The notes under the pieces are model-generated. The model was not told the DNA's origin, ran no database searches, and worked only from the letters and a program-made list of their open reading frames with translations. The position numbers and the translations under genes were made by a program. Shown in pieces: positions 36,301-44,429 of a DNA stretch of 64,000 bases. The DNA comes from Candidatus Elulimicrobium sp. (GTDB taxonomy: Bacteria; Patescibacteriota; Minisyncoccia; Phycocordibacterales; UBA918): NCBI GenBank assembly GCA_022730015.1, contig DZBU01000001.1, positions 1,307-65,306 on the forward strand. Reading direction: 5' to 3'. Every line of letters begins with the position of its first letter. Within the stretch, counting starts at the first letter, position 1.

Positions 36301-38894
36301 ATGACGTGACGGTGTACATCACCAACCCGTCCAACATTTTGAGTAGCATTACTTTCGCACGCGGTATTGGTGCAGTGAGTAATACTCGCGTTTCTTGGGA
36401 GATCATCGAGTACACCGGTGTAGCTGGCGGTGAGAATGAGATCATTGTGCGGCAACAGGAGGCGATCTCGTACGGAGCAGCGAATACAGCAGTTAGTGGT
36501 ACAGTGACCAACACCATTGTGGATGATACCGATGTGGCCGTGTTCATCACTGGCCAGTTCAACGCTGATACAGGTCGTAACGCCTATGGTCAGGGATTTT
36601 CAATTGCCGCTTGGAACACTACCAATAATCAAGTAGACCTTACCCGTGGGCTTTCTGGTTCAGTTTCTAGTGTCAGCTATGCGCTCGTTGAGTTTACTGG
36701 AACCAACTGGAAGATCCAGCGAATTTCACATACGTACACAGCGGCTGGTGCAGTGGAGACCAGTGCCATGACTGCAGTGAATAGTCTCTCTCGTACCTTC
36801 ACACACACGCAAAAACTAACACCTTCGAACAACCACGCTGACATTGGTCACGAGGTCTGGCTCTCGGGTATTGGCCAGGTGTCATTCTTACTCGATGCGG
36901 CAGCGGCCACTCCAAGTGGACATACCTCAGTCGCATGGGTCATTGAGAATACCCAAACGCAAGGGTTGATCATGAAGGTGTCGCGTGCCAACAGCTCGCT
37001 TGCAGCGGGTGCCACAGCCCCCGAGACAAATAATCTCAATATCGGTGTCACTATTGCTGACCTTTCTACTGCTTCGCTATTTGTGAATAACCGCAGCGAT
37101 GGTGCGACCCGTTCCTTTCCAGAACCGATCCTGGGAGCACGATTGATTTCTACAACGCAGTACGAGCTCTGGCGAAGTGACACGAGTTCAAATCTTAACT
37201 ATCGTACCGAAGTGGTCGAGTGGCCAACCGCGGCACGAAAACTTGAACAAAACTATTTCCGCTTGTACGAGGATAACAATGCTCTCACTCCAACTGTTGC
37301 TTGGCCCGCGAGTGTGGGTACTCTCGGTGAAAATACGGAAATGACTGCCGATGACAACCCGCTGGCGCTTGGTGATACTGTGCGTATTAGAATGACCATT
37401 TCTGTCACAAGTTCAGTGATGCCATCTGCGCTGGATGCATTCCGTCTTGAGTATGCTGAACGAGTGACCACTTGTTCAGCAATTTCCACTTGGAGTGAAC
37501 TCGGCGAAGTTGGTAGTACAACCGCGTCATGGCGCGGAACCAATAACGCTCCGGTTGACGGTACGGCACTTTCGACTGAGCCTCCAACCGGTGGTGATCT
37601 TTTGATCTCGATCGCGACTGTGGCGGGTACGTACGAAGAAGAAAATAACTCTGCTCTCAACCCGTACATTGCATTCCCAGGAGATGAGGTCGAATACGAC
37701 TGGGTGGTGCAACATAACGGTGCCAAGGATAAAACTGCATACTGCTTCCGCATGGTGGAATCAACCGGAACTACGTTTGAAAACTATAATTTCTATCCAG
37801 TCATTAGAACGGTTGGCTATGAGCCGATCCTCAAAACGTGGCGTTGGTATGGAGATGAAAATAATCTCACACCAACCTCAGCCCTAGCGGCGGAAAACGT
37901 GGCGCCGATCGACATTCCAAACGAGGACATCATCAAGCTGCGGCTCACTCTGCGGGAAAGTTCTGGTGCAGCTGGAAATAACAATAAGTTTATCGTCCAG
38001 TACTCCGAATATGCAGATTTTTCAGTTGGAGTGCACACCCTCACCAGTACGAGCACCTGTCTTGAAAATTCATTGTGGTGTTACGCTGATGGAGCGGGAG
38101 TAGATAATCAGCTTATCAATGCTGCGGTTATTTCAGATGCCGCTACATGCACGGCTGGTGTTGGTGTTGGTTGTGGTACGCACAATGAAGGTACGAGTAC
38201 TGCCACTGCAACTTTTGATCAGGTGGCGTTTACTACCACGGAGTATGAATTTACTTTGCAACACGCGGGTGCACGTGCCAGTGCGGTGTACTACTTCCGA
38301 CTCTACGATAGTACTACGGCAGAGCTAGTCGGACTTGGAGCAACCTCTACGTACCCTTCACTTGTGACAGAGGGTGCACAACTTGTATCGACGCTAGCGG
38401 GTGTAGATGCAGGAACTGCTGTGGCGGGGATCATTGCTGATGCTACTACTACTCCAACTTCTATTGGTTTCGGCTCGTTGCCGTTTAATAATTCCTATGA
38501 AGCCGTGCAACGCATTACTGTGACTACCAACGCCACGGAGGGCTATCAGTTATTGATGTATGCAACACAGCAGTTGACAAATACATATGGCGATGTCGTT
38601 CCTCCTGTCACGAGTACCAATGCCGCGCCAGCTGGTTGGTCAAGTGGATGTGCGGCACCAGCGATCGGCTGTTTTGGCTATCACACCACAGATGCGACCT
38701 TAGAGGGCGGGTCCGGTCGATTTGCGCCGATTGATTCTTATGCTGCACTTGATACTGCGGCACAGGAGATAATGTACAGTTCGATTCCAGCTACTGACAC
38801 TCATGACATCGTGTATCGAGTACTTGTGACGGAACAACAACCAGCCGGAGATTATCAGACGAGTATTGTCTATATGTCCATCCCCGTTTTTTAA
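33372..38894 (+). CDS. Large (1,840 aa) secreted surface protein built from about four copies of an unnamed ~180-aa module and ending in a WxL-like C-terminal module.
   Basis: N-terminal TM/signal VAGFMIALLATQMLHELLPTLVPPL. Module starts ENYHWRNDDGNE, VNYHWRNNDGSE, NYFRLYEDNN and TWRWYGDENN, each containing 'RLR..V.N.G', 'LEYA.[KR]V.TCSA' and 'YCFR[VM]'. C-terminus '...GWSSGCAAPAIGC...DYQTSIVYMSIPVF'. Confidence 0.85.
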   Translation: MASSRKIKEPMTWSKRQRDRLLSPVAGFMIALLATQMLHELLPTLVPPLVRTVEAATATIDPNGDIGTNTGTRVTCTGTVYFECLNDAVRDPSTPSTAGDYVEYAGGNQTNSDMTSVTNVATATAIAVKTYHQETGTNMTLSVSLVNAAGTVIAGPTSVTNRAVTQWDTITFSGLTLNQATLDGLWVRQTCTRSGGSSANRCRSFAMYADVTYDPVINVTVSSLGTQQDLGIATSSAYVGGSFAIIENTSSRSITSVTVAEQGTVDAQNSLDNIKLYYDLDTSSPYNCSSESYAGTETQYGTTDTDGFSSSNGTSVFTGSVTISTTQAMCVYVVLDVLSTATAGETLEVQITDPTLDVVGSGSPVISPATAVLLPGTTTLRKPLLTQENYHWRNDDGNETAASSATGGSENTSYATFPKAVTKRLRVAVSNEGNADSAASQFRLEYAQKVTTCSAATGWTDVGASTDDFDMSPTGNITDGDNSTDISNAIGGVTNPNSSLLSSNGGLRDTNSQTGSLTLTSTQFVELEYAIIASSGLTDGTTYCFRVTNAGTPLPAYTNYPEATIAADVLVDSIGSQTTTVTIPTTGQYAGGAFRVTDLTAGAGTISSIAITASGSIDIQNDVATITLRYDLDTSNPYTCDDVSYANTDASFGSTVANFNGSNKATFTGSVSNSPTQTVCLYVEYNVGTGASNGELLDLRIVDPSSEVVISGSSVSPNTPVDIGDVTTFAAPYVEQVNYHWRNNDGSETTASSATGGTQNTPLTEVAKNSTYRLRFAVANTGLTTAPETRYQLEWAQKVSTCSAVPDIDWERADTILDAWQMSPTGNLTEGNDTTDIVESTGGVGNPAATFLVNNNGVNDTTDLTASSTLPADNYLDLEYSISATDDSVQGATYCFRVSAAGSALVNYTNYPEVSIKLDTDFKVQRGVSTITGDTLTITAGVEYEAPLTSSSSFIRITNTQLTGAGPNTGNTNSNADDVTVYITNPSNILSSITFARGIGAVSNTRVSWEIIEYTGVAGGENEIIVRQQEAISYGAANTAVSGTVTNTIVDDTDVAVFITGQFNADTGRNAYGQGFSIAAWNTTNNQVDLTRGLSGSVSSVSYALVEFTGTNWKIQRISHTYTAAGAVETSAMTAVNSLSRTFTHTQKLTPSNNHADIGHEVWLSGIGQVSFLLDAAAATPSGHTSVAWVIENTQTQGLIMKVSRANSSLAAGATAPETNNLNIGVTIADLSTASLFVNNRSDGATRSFPEPILGARLISTTQYELWRSDTSSNLNYRTEVVEWPTAARKLEQNYFRLYEDNNALTPTVAWPASVGTLGENTEMTADDNPLALGDTVRIRMTISVTSSVMPSALDAFRLEYAERVTTCSAISTWSELGEVGSTTASWRGTNNAPVDGTALSTEPPTGGDLLISIATVAGTYEEENNSALNPYIAFPGDEVEYDWVVQHNGAKDKTAYCFRMVESTGTTFENYNFYPVIRTVGYEPILKTWRWYGDENNLTPTSALAAENVAPIDIPNEDIIKLRLTLRESSGAAGNNNKFIVQYSEYADFSVGVHTLTSTSTCLENSLWCYADGAGVDNQLINAAVISDAATCTAGVGVGCGTHNEGTSTATATFDQVAFTTTEYEFTLQHAGARASAVYYFRLYDSTTAELVGLGATSTYPSLVTEGAQLVSTLAGVDAGTAVAGIIADATTTPTSIGFGSLPFNNSYEAVQRITVTTNATEGYQLLMYATQQLTNTYGDVVPPVTSTNAAPAGWSSGCAAPAIGCFGYHTTDATLEGGSGRFAPIDSYAALDTAAQEIMYSSIPATDTHDIVYRVLVTEQQPAGDYQTSIVYMSIPVF

Positions 38895-38899
38895 ATGGT

Positions 38900-39925
38900 A
38901 TGATAAAAAATATGCCTAAGAGAGTCCTAATTTTAGTTGCCCTTCTGCCACTTTTTTTGTTTACGCCAGTTTCTGTTTTGGCTGGGTCAGAGATATCTAT
39001 CAGACCACTACTTATTGATGAGGTGCTTGCTCCACGTGGGGTGGTCGAGAATACTGTCACGATCAAAAGCATATATGATTATCGTAAGGCGGTGGTATTT
39101 GCGACAGTCAATGAAATTACCCTAGATACTGCCGGTGAAATAAAAGAATTCGTCTCACCAGTAATGACTGACCGCACCAATACAGTAACCAGCTGGATCG
39201 AGGTCACTCGGGGGCGAATTGAGATTCCCGCTGGTGAGACTGCTGAGATCCCGCTAACCATCCGCGTACACCCATACGCAGAACCAGGGGAGTACCATGT
39301 TTTTGTTGGCTTTGTGGAAGCAGCAAATAGACCCAGCGCCGAAGCTAGTGCACTCGCGGGGGAAGCTAAAGGTGTCATTGTCAAAGTGGTGGTCGCTGAT
39401 GAGCGTGTCGACAGCATGCGCATTTCAAGTTTTGTTGTTGATCGCTTTGTCATCGACGATGCTGATCGAACGATCGCTGTCGAAGTTGAAAACAATGGTG
39501 ATATTGCCTCGGTACCGACTGGAGAGATTATTTTTTACGATTCACGAGGGATTGAGCTCACTTCAGTTCCAGTAAACGAAGCGGCCACGAGCGTCGCTCC
39601 AAGTGAAAAGATTACCTTGCAGACTACCATTCCGCTTCAAAATAACCTTGGAAAATATAAAGCGAACGTGTTCTTAAAATATGGGAAAGACCAGCAATCC
39701 TCACTGTACGACACAGCCTATTTTTATTTAATGCCGATTCACTTACTTTTGCTTGTATTTGGTGGTACGCTGGTCATTGCTATATTGATCGCACTTTTAT
39801 TCCGTCGTGTTTTTTTTCATCACGAGGAAGACCCGGAGTTTCAGGAGGTACCAATGTATGTTCGTGATGGTAATGATTCACAACCCAAAGACCATGATAT
39901 CGATCTCAAAAACATTTCTCAGTAG
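38900..39925 (+). CDS. DUF916-like cell-surface protein (signal peptide, ectodomain, C-terminal TM, charged tail).
   Basis: 'MIKNMPKRVLILVALLPLFLFTPVSVLAGSEISIRPLLIDEVLAPRG...' follows the DUF916 N-terminal pattern. TM LLLVFGGTLVIAILIALLF. It lies 5 nt after the 33372 gene. Confidence 0.7.
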   Translation: MIKNMPKRVLILVALLPLFLFTPVSVLAGSEISIRPLLIDEVLAPRGVVENTVTIKSIYDYRKAVVFATVNEITLDTAGEIKEFVSPVMTDRTNTVTSWIEVTRGRIEIPAGETAEIPLTIRVHPYAEPGEYHVFVGFVEAANRPSAEASALAGEAKGVIVKVVVADERVDSMRISSFVVDRFVIDDADRTIAVEVENNGDIASVPTGEIIFYDSRGIELTSVPVNEAATSVAPSEKITLQTTIPLQNNLGKYKANVFLKYGKDQQSSLYDTAYFYLMPIHLLLLVFGGTLVIAILIALLFRRVFFHHEEDPEFQEVPMYVRDGNDSQPKDHDIDLKNISQ

Positions 39926-41522
39926 CATCGCGTTCTTGTTTCTGCTTGTCATATTTCCGACAGCGGTACATGCACAAACCGAGACATTGACACTCAGTGT
40001 ATCGCCGACGCTATTTGAGATGACTGCCAATCCAGAGCAAGAATGGCTTAGTACTATTCGTGTTATCAATGCCAATCCCTACGATATAACCATTTACACT
40101 GATGTGGTTAATTTTGCACCACAGGGGGAGTCGGGGCAGGGTAAATTCTTACCAGTTCTTGACGAAGAAGCGGGTGGACAAACATTTGCTGAGTGGGTAA
40201 CACTTGATCAAACTGAATTGACGATACCAGCTGAACAAACCGCAGAGATACCGTTTCGGATCAAAGTCCCTGATAATGCACCACCTGGAGGACACTTTGG
40301 AGCAATTCTTATTGGGACAAAATCACTTGATACTGGATCGGGACAGACCGTAGTAGAAACATCACAGGTTGTTACGTCATTGGTCTTTCTTCGAGTAACA
40401 GGAGACATCATTGAGGATGGTGTTATTCGTGAATTCCGTAGCACGAAACTGATTGCAGAAAGACCAGAGATGGATTTTGAGTTACGTTTCCAAAACAAAG
40501 GAAACGTACATATATTGCCGCAAGGGGAGATCAAGATTTTTAATATGTGGGGAGAAGAGCGCGGTCTCATTCCAGTCAATCGACAGACATTGTTTGGCAA
40601 TGTTTTGCCGGATAGCATTCGAAAATATTCGTTCAGTTGGTCTGGTGAGTGGTCTTTGGCTGACATTGGTAGATATACTGTCGTAGCAACTTTGGCGTAC
40701 GGAGAGGGAAGTCGGCAGTTTGCTAGTGCCGAAACCGCCTTTTGGGTCATACCATGGAAGATTACCTTGACTGTACTTGCGATCCTTTTTGCATTCATAA
40801 CGTTCTTGGTTTGGTCGATCAAGTTATACATCAGAAAAATGCTGAAGATAGCAGGTGTATCAGCAGATTCACAACAAGTAAACCGCGTCGACTATCGTGT
40901 TAAGAAAAACAGAAGCGTGTCAATGGTAGCTCCCATCGAGGAGGGAATACTTGATCTGCGGGCTCGTTTCCAAGACTCAGACTCGCTCAGAGAAAAACTC
41001 TCGAGTACATTGGCTTTTGTTTCAAAATATCGAATATTCTTCTCGTTGCTGATCCTGGTAGTGCTATTTGTGATCGCAATTATTTGGTATATCACCGCCG
41101 CCTCGACAAGTGACCGACCGTACGAAGTCGTTATTGAGGGTCTCGAGCAAGATGTCACAATTTCTTCTGAACAGCTCCAATACGAGGCGCGTAAGGAAGA
41201 AGTTGCAGCCGACAATCCTGATCTATCAGCAAAAGAATTTCCTCCTATTAAGATCGTGAACCAGAGTGGTGTTCCAGGACTAGCGGCTGACTTGCGAATA
41301 AAGTTGGAAGCGGCTGGATATCCAGTGGCAGAACTTTCTACAGATTTGGAACGAATTGAAGCAAATACTGTTGTTGTGTATGCGCCAGAGTATGACACGC
41401 AAGCACTGGAACTGAGTGCTCAAGTATATGGTGCTCTGCTTTCTTCTTACGCCGAAGCTTCAGGTACCGAAACTCCTATCATCATATATGTCGGCAAAGA
41501 TCTCGAAAATGCGGTACAATAG
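39894..41522 (+). CDS. Second, larger DUF916-like membrane protein (signal peptide, DUF916-like ectodomain, TM, ~250-aa C-terminal domain).
   Basis: Preferred start ATG 39894 (MISISKTFLSSIAFLFLLVIFPTAVHA|QTETLTLSVSPTLFEMTANPEQEWLSTIRVINANPYDITI), which overlaps the preceding gene by 32 nt in another frame. Mid-protein TM ITLTVLAILFAFITFLVWSI. Confidence 0.65.
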   Translation: MISISKTFLSSIAFLFLLVIFPTAVHAQTETLTLSVSPTLFEMTANPEQEWLSTIRVINANPYDITIYTDVVNFAPQGESGQGKFLPVLDEEAGGQTFAEWVTLDQTELTIPAEQTAEIPFRIKVPDNAPPGGHFGAILIGTKSLDTGSGQTVVETSQVVTSLVFLRVTGDIIEDGVIREFRSTKLIAERPEMDFELRFQNKGNVHILPQGEIKIFNMWGEERGLIPVNRQTLFGNVLPDSIRKYSFSWSGEWSLADIGRYTVVATLAYGEGSRQFASAETAFWVIPWKITLTVLAILFAFITFLVWSIKLYIRKMLKIAGVSADSQQVNRVDYRVKKNRSVSMVAPIEEGILDLRARFQDSDSLREKLSSTLAFVSKYRIFFSLLILVVLFVIAIIWYITAASTSDRPYEVVIEGLEQDVTISSEQLQYEARKEEVAADNPDLSAKEFPPIKIVNQSGVPGLAADLRIKLEAAGYPVAELSTDLERIEANTVVVYAPEYDTQALELSAQVYGALLSSYAEASGTETPIIIYVGKDLENAVQ

Positions 41523-41553
41523 CTGAACGATTACTCATTTAACACATAAAACT

Positions 41554-42036
41554 ATGAGTCAAAGATCTATTATTCTTATCGTCAGCTTTTTTGTGCTGAT
41601 CGTGGTAGGTATGTTCATGTACGCTAATCTAAAGAAATCTGAGCTGGAACAAGCTGCTGTTATTCCACCTGTAATTGAAGAAACCCAAGAGATTCCTTAC
41701 GCAGACATCACTCGAATTGACGCAAAGCACTATTACATTGACGGTGTGCACACTCTAGTCGGTGAACTTGCTTTTCCAACCCCGTGTGACCTGCTCCAGG
41801 CTGATGCGAGAGTGATGGAATCATATCCAGAGCAAGTCGTTGTCGATTTTACCGTGATTAACACCGCTGATATGTGCGCACAGGTAATCACAAATCAACG
41901 TTTTCGAGTTGATTTCTCTGCTGCAAGCCAGGCGAGTATAAGCGCCCGTTTTATGGGTCGTGACATAGAACTTAACCTTATTCCAGCGGGGCCAGAAGAA
42001 CGACCAGAGGATTTTGAATTATTTATAAAAGGCTAG
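41554..42036 (+). CDS. Small membrane-anchored protein of unknown function.
   Basis: N-terminal TM IILIVSFFVLIVVGMFMYA. It contains two Cys and has no family I recognise. Confidence 0.5.
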   Translation: MSQRSIILIVSFFVLIVVGMFMYANLKKSELEQAAVIPPVIEETQEIPYADITRIDAKHYYIDGVHTLVGELAFPTPCDLLQADARVMESYPEQVVVDFTVINTADMCAQVITNQRFRVDFSAASQASISARFMGRDIELNLIPAGPEERPEDFELFIKG

Positions 42037-42041
42037 ATCCA

Positions 42042-42611
42042 ATGAAGCAGTTCTCTCGAGACAGGGTCGCGACATTCATTGTAATTGGAGTAATTCTCCT
42101 CGTTGCTTTGGTGTACACACTGTTTGTGATCAGTCAAAACAAACGAGAACAAGCTAATGACAATCCTGCCAACCAGGCTTTGCAGGTGGCTGCTGATGAA
42201 GTGCCCTACACTGACCTTGCTGGGAATCCGCTGTCCTTAGATGAGTATGTAGGAAAGGTGTTGGTTGTTAATTCATGGGCAAGCTGGAGTCCAGATTCTG
42301 CTACTGAGCTAAAAATCTTTGCCGCACTTCGCTCAAAATATGACCTTGATGAAGTTGTGATACTGGCGATCAATCGCGCGGAACCCCAAACTACTGCTGA
42401 GCGCTACCTGCGTACCTTAGCGGTGTCTGATCAGGTGCAGCTAGTTCTTGATCCGACTGATCGATACTATCGATCAATTGGCGGCTTCGCGATGCCAGAA
42501 ACGATCATTTACGATCGAAAGGGAGGTATCGTTCACCATCAGCGCGGCCCGCTAACCGCAGATCAAGCGTCCGTCTATATTGACCAAGCACTGTCCAAAC
42601 AAGATGAGTAG
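42042..42611 (+). CDS. Membrane-anchored TlpA/ResA-like thioredoxin-fold protein whose CxxC active site is replaced by SxxS (WASWSPDS). It is probably redox-inactive.
   Basis: N-terminal TM. 'KVLVVNSWASWSPDSATELKIF...VVILAINRAEP' matches the TlpA-family 'V.VNFWA.WC.PC..E.P' region except that both Cys positions are Ser. Confidence 0.7.
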   Translation: MKQFSRDRVATFIVIGVILLVALVYTLFVISQNKREQANDNPANQALQVAADEVPYTDLAGNPLSLDEYVGKVLVVNSWASWSPDSATELKIFAALRSKYDLDEVVILAINRAEPQTTAERYLRTLAVSDQVQLVLDPTDRYYRSIGGFAMPETIIYDRKGGIVHHQRGPLTADQASVYIDQALSKQDE

Positions 42612-42617
42612 GGTGTG

Positions 42618-42645
42618 CTTTACAGACAGTTAACTCATGATATAA
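42618..42645 (+). promoter_or_regulatory. Sigma70-type promoter: -35 TTTACA, 16-nt spacer, extended -10 TGaTATAAT.
   Basis: Read directly: tttaca 42618-42623, tgatataat 42637-42645. Confidence 0.5.
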
Positions 42646-42736
42646 TTTGCACGGATTGGCAAGAGTCCGTTCGCGACCATCCACCTTTACGTGGAGCCTC
42701 TGTCGAAAGAGGTTTCAAAGTCGCAAGTGAGAAGGT

Positions 42737-42892
42737 ATGTTCAAAGCCATCGGATTCTTGATAGTTCTTTATGGACTGTCACATTTCTTTTCCTCAGCAT
42801 TTATAGCTCTCGATAGTGCTGCGAGCGCATCATTTAAAACACTCGAGACTGCGGCAATCGTGTCGCAAATGCAACTGCAGGAGAAATTGTAG
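42737..42892 (+). CDS. Candidate 51-aa small hydrophobic protein (MFKAIGFLIVLYGLSHFFSSAFIALDS...), not in the ORF track because it is under 60 aa.
   Basis: ATG at 42737 follows GAGAAGG. One predicted TM helix. It is flanked by the promoter at 42618-42645 and a hairpin plus T-run at 42903-42935. Confidence 0.3.
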   Translation: MFKAIGFLIVLYGLSHFFSSAFIALDSAASASFKTLETAAIVSQMQLQEKL

Positions 42893-42902
42893 ATATAGAG
42901 GA

Positions 42903-42935
42903 TCATGCCTGTGCATGGTCCTTTTTGTATCCATA
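42903..42935 (+). terminator. Hairpin ggatcatgcc-tgt-gcatggtcc followed by tttttg.
   Basis: Read directly. The stem has one mismatch. Confidence 0.4.
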
Positions 42936-42957
42936 GGGAATACTGTATACTAGCAAT

Positions 42958-44013
42958 ATGCAACTTAGTCGTGTGGTTCAATACGTATTTTTCTTCGCGC
43001 TGCTGCTGCTTGCGGGGTACATGGTATGGCTCATCATGCAGCCCTTTGTAACCGCATTAGCACTCTCGCTCATTATTGTTACGATCTGTCACCCGCTTTA
43101 CATGCAAATTAAGAAACGAGTGCCTAGGCAAAATAAATCGATTGCTGCATTCTTGACAACGTTTTTAGTGTTACTGGTTATTATTATTCCAGTCATCCTC
43201 CTTTCTTCGCTGGTAGTGCGAGAGATTGTTACTTTTTATCAGGATCTTGACGCTGGTAACCTTTCGCTCCAGTCGGGAATTACGACAATTGAAGCCCGCA
43301 TTCAAGCCTTCGTTCCTAATTTTAAGATTGATCTCAACGAACAAATAAAACAAACGGCCCAATGGTTAACTGGTAGTTTGGGGGCAATATTCAAAGGAAC
43401 ACTTTCTACTATTTTCATATTCTTCATATCGCTGATCGGTTCGTTCTATTTTTTTCGTGACGGCAGAGACTTTCTGCAGGTGTTGATTAAGGCTAGCCCG
43501 CTTCCAGATCGCGAAGATCAGGCGATTTTACAGCGGTTAGCTAAAGCAATTCGAGCCGTTGCGACTGGGACAGTGCTTGTTGCTCTGATTCAGGGGTCTC
43601 TGGTTGCTATCGGGTTCACCATCTTTGGTGTAGATCGAGCTATTCTTTGGGGTTCAATAGCAGCATTGGGGGCACTTATGCCAGGTCTTGGTACAACCAT
43701 CGTGACAGCGCCAGCCATCGTTTACCTCTTCTACGTAGGTGAGCTTTTCAGTGCTTTTGGTTTGCTGATCTGGTCAATGCTCATCGTTGGTCTGGTCGAC
43801 AACCTCATTGGTCCGTATCTCATCGGTCGAGGTAATAATCTTCATCCGTTCATTGTACTCATCTCAGTACTTGGTGGTATTGCGCTATTTGGACCGATTG
43901 GATTTATTATTGGCCCAGTTATAGTGACGCTTTTTTTGGTCTTGCTTGAAATATATAATCAGTATGTTGTGCAGGATAAATCAATCGACGAAGCTGTTAA
44001 AATCAAACTATGA
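42958..44013 (+). CDS. AI-2E family transporter (PerM/YhhT/TqsA-like, UPF0118) membrane protein.
   Basis: About 8 predicted TM segments in ~350 aa. The characteristic C-terminal region is 'GGIALFGPIGFIIGPVIVTLFLVLLEIY'. Confidence 0.75.
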   Translation: MQLSRVVQYVFFFALLLLAGYMVWLIMQPFVTALALSLIIVTICHPLYMQIKKRVPRQNKSIAAFLTTFLVLLVIIIPVILLSSLVVREIVTFYQDLDAGNLSLQSGITTIEARIQAFVPNFKIDLNEQIKQTAQWLTGSLGAIFKGTLSTIFIFFISLIGSFYFFRDGRDFLQVLIKASPLPDREDQAILQRLAKAIRAVATGTVLVALIQGSLVAIGFTIFGVDRAILWGSIAALGALMPGLGTTIVTAPAIVYLFYVGELFSAFGLLIWSMLIVGLVDNLIGPYLIGRGNNLHPFIVLISVLGGIALFGPIGFIIGPVIVTLFLVLLEIYNQYVVQDKSIDEAVKIKL

Positions 44014-44429
44014 TCTCACGAAAACACGTCGAAACTATTCTTAAAATTAACGGTGTTTCACCAACGTCAGAAGACGAGCAGATAAGATCAATTCTACTAA
44101 GTGCTCGTTACTCAAAAGATGAAGTTGACACTGCGCTCATGGTTTTGCGTGAGGATACGAAAACTAAGGTCACTAGAGTAGATGGTTTACATAAAGTATT
44201 TCGAACAGGAGAATCTCTTCGATCAGAAGAGATTGCAAATCTCCTTGGAATTGAAGTAACAATGGAAGATCGAATCGAAGAGCGAAATAAGCAACGCGCC
44301 ATCTCTTTTGCGCAGTATTTATCAGTATGGATACTATCCGTAGTTCTTGCGGTTTCGGGGATACTTTTTTACATGTACTTGCATAAAGTTGGTGTTTTTC
44401 ATCCCAGCGTCCAGTTAACACATCTATGA
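44010..44429 (+). CDS. Small protein with a C-terminal TM helix, unknown function. Its start overlaps the previous stop (ATGA coupling).
   Basis: ATGA overlap at 44010-44013. C-terminal TM YLSVWILSVVLAVSGILFYMYL. Confidence 0.5.
   Translation: MISRKHVETILKINGVSPTSEDEQIRSILLSARYSKDEVDTALMVLREDTKTKVTRVDGLHKVFRTGESLRSEEIANLLGIEVTMEDRIEERNKQRAISFAQYLSVWILSVVLAVSGILFYMYLHKVGVFHPSVQLTHL

Noticed and set aside
42652-42735. tRNA-like or riboswitch identity for the structured leader (the 'gtcgaaa' loop resembles a T-loop)
   Set aside because: It has no acceptor or anticodon arms and does not match riboswitch consensus sequences I can recall (preQ1, fluoride, SAM, c-di-GMP). I keep it only as an unclassified structured 5' leader.
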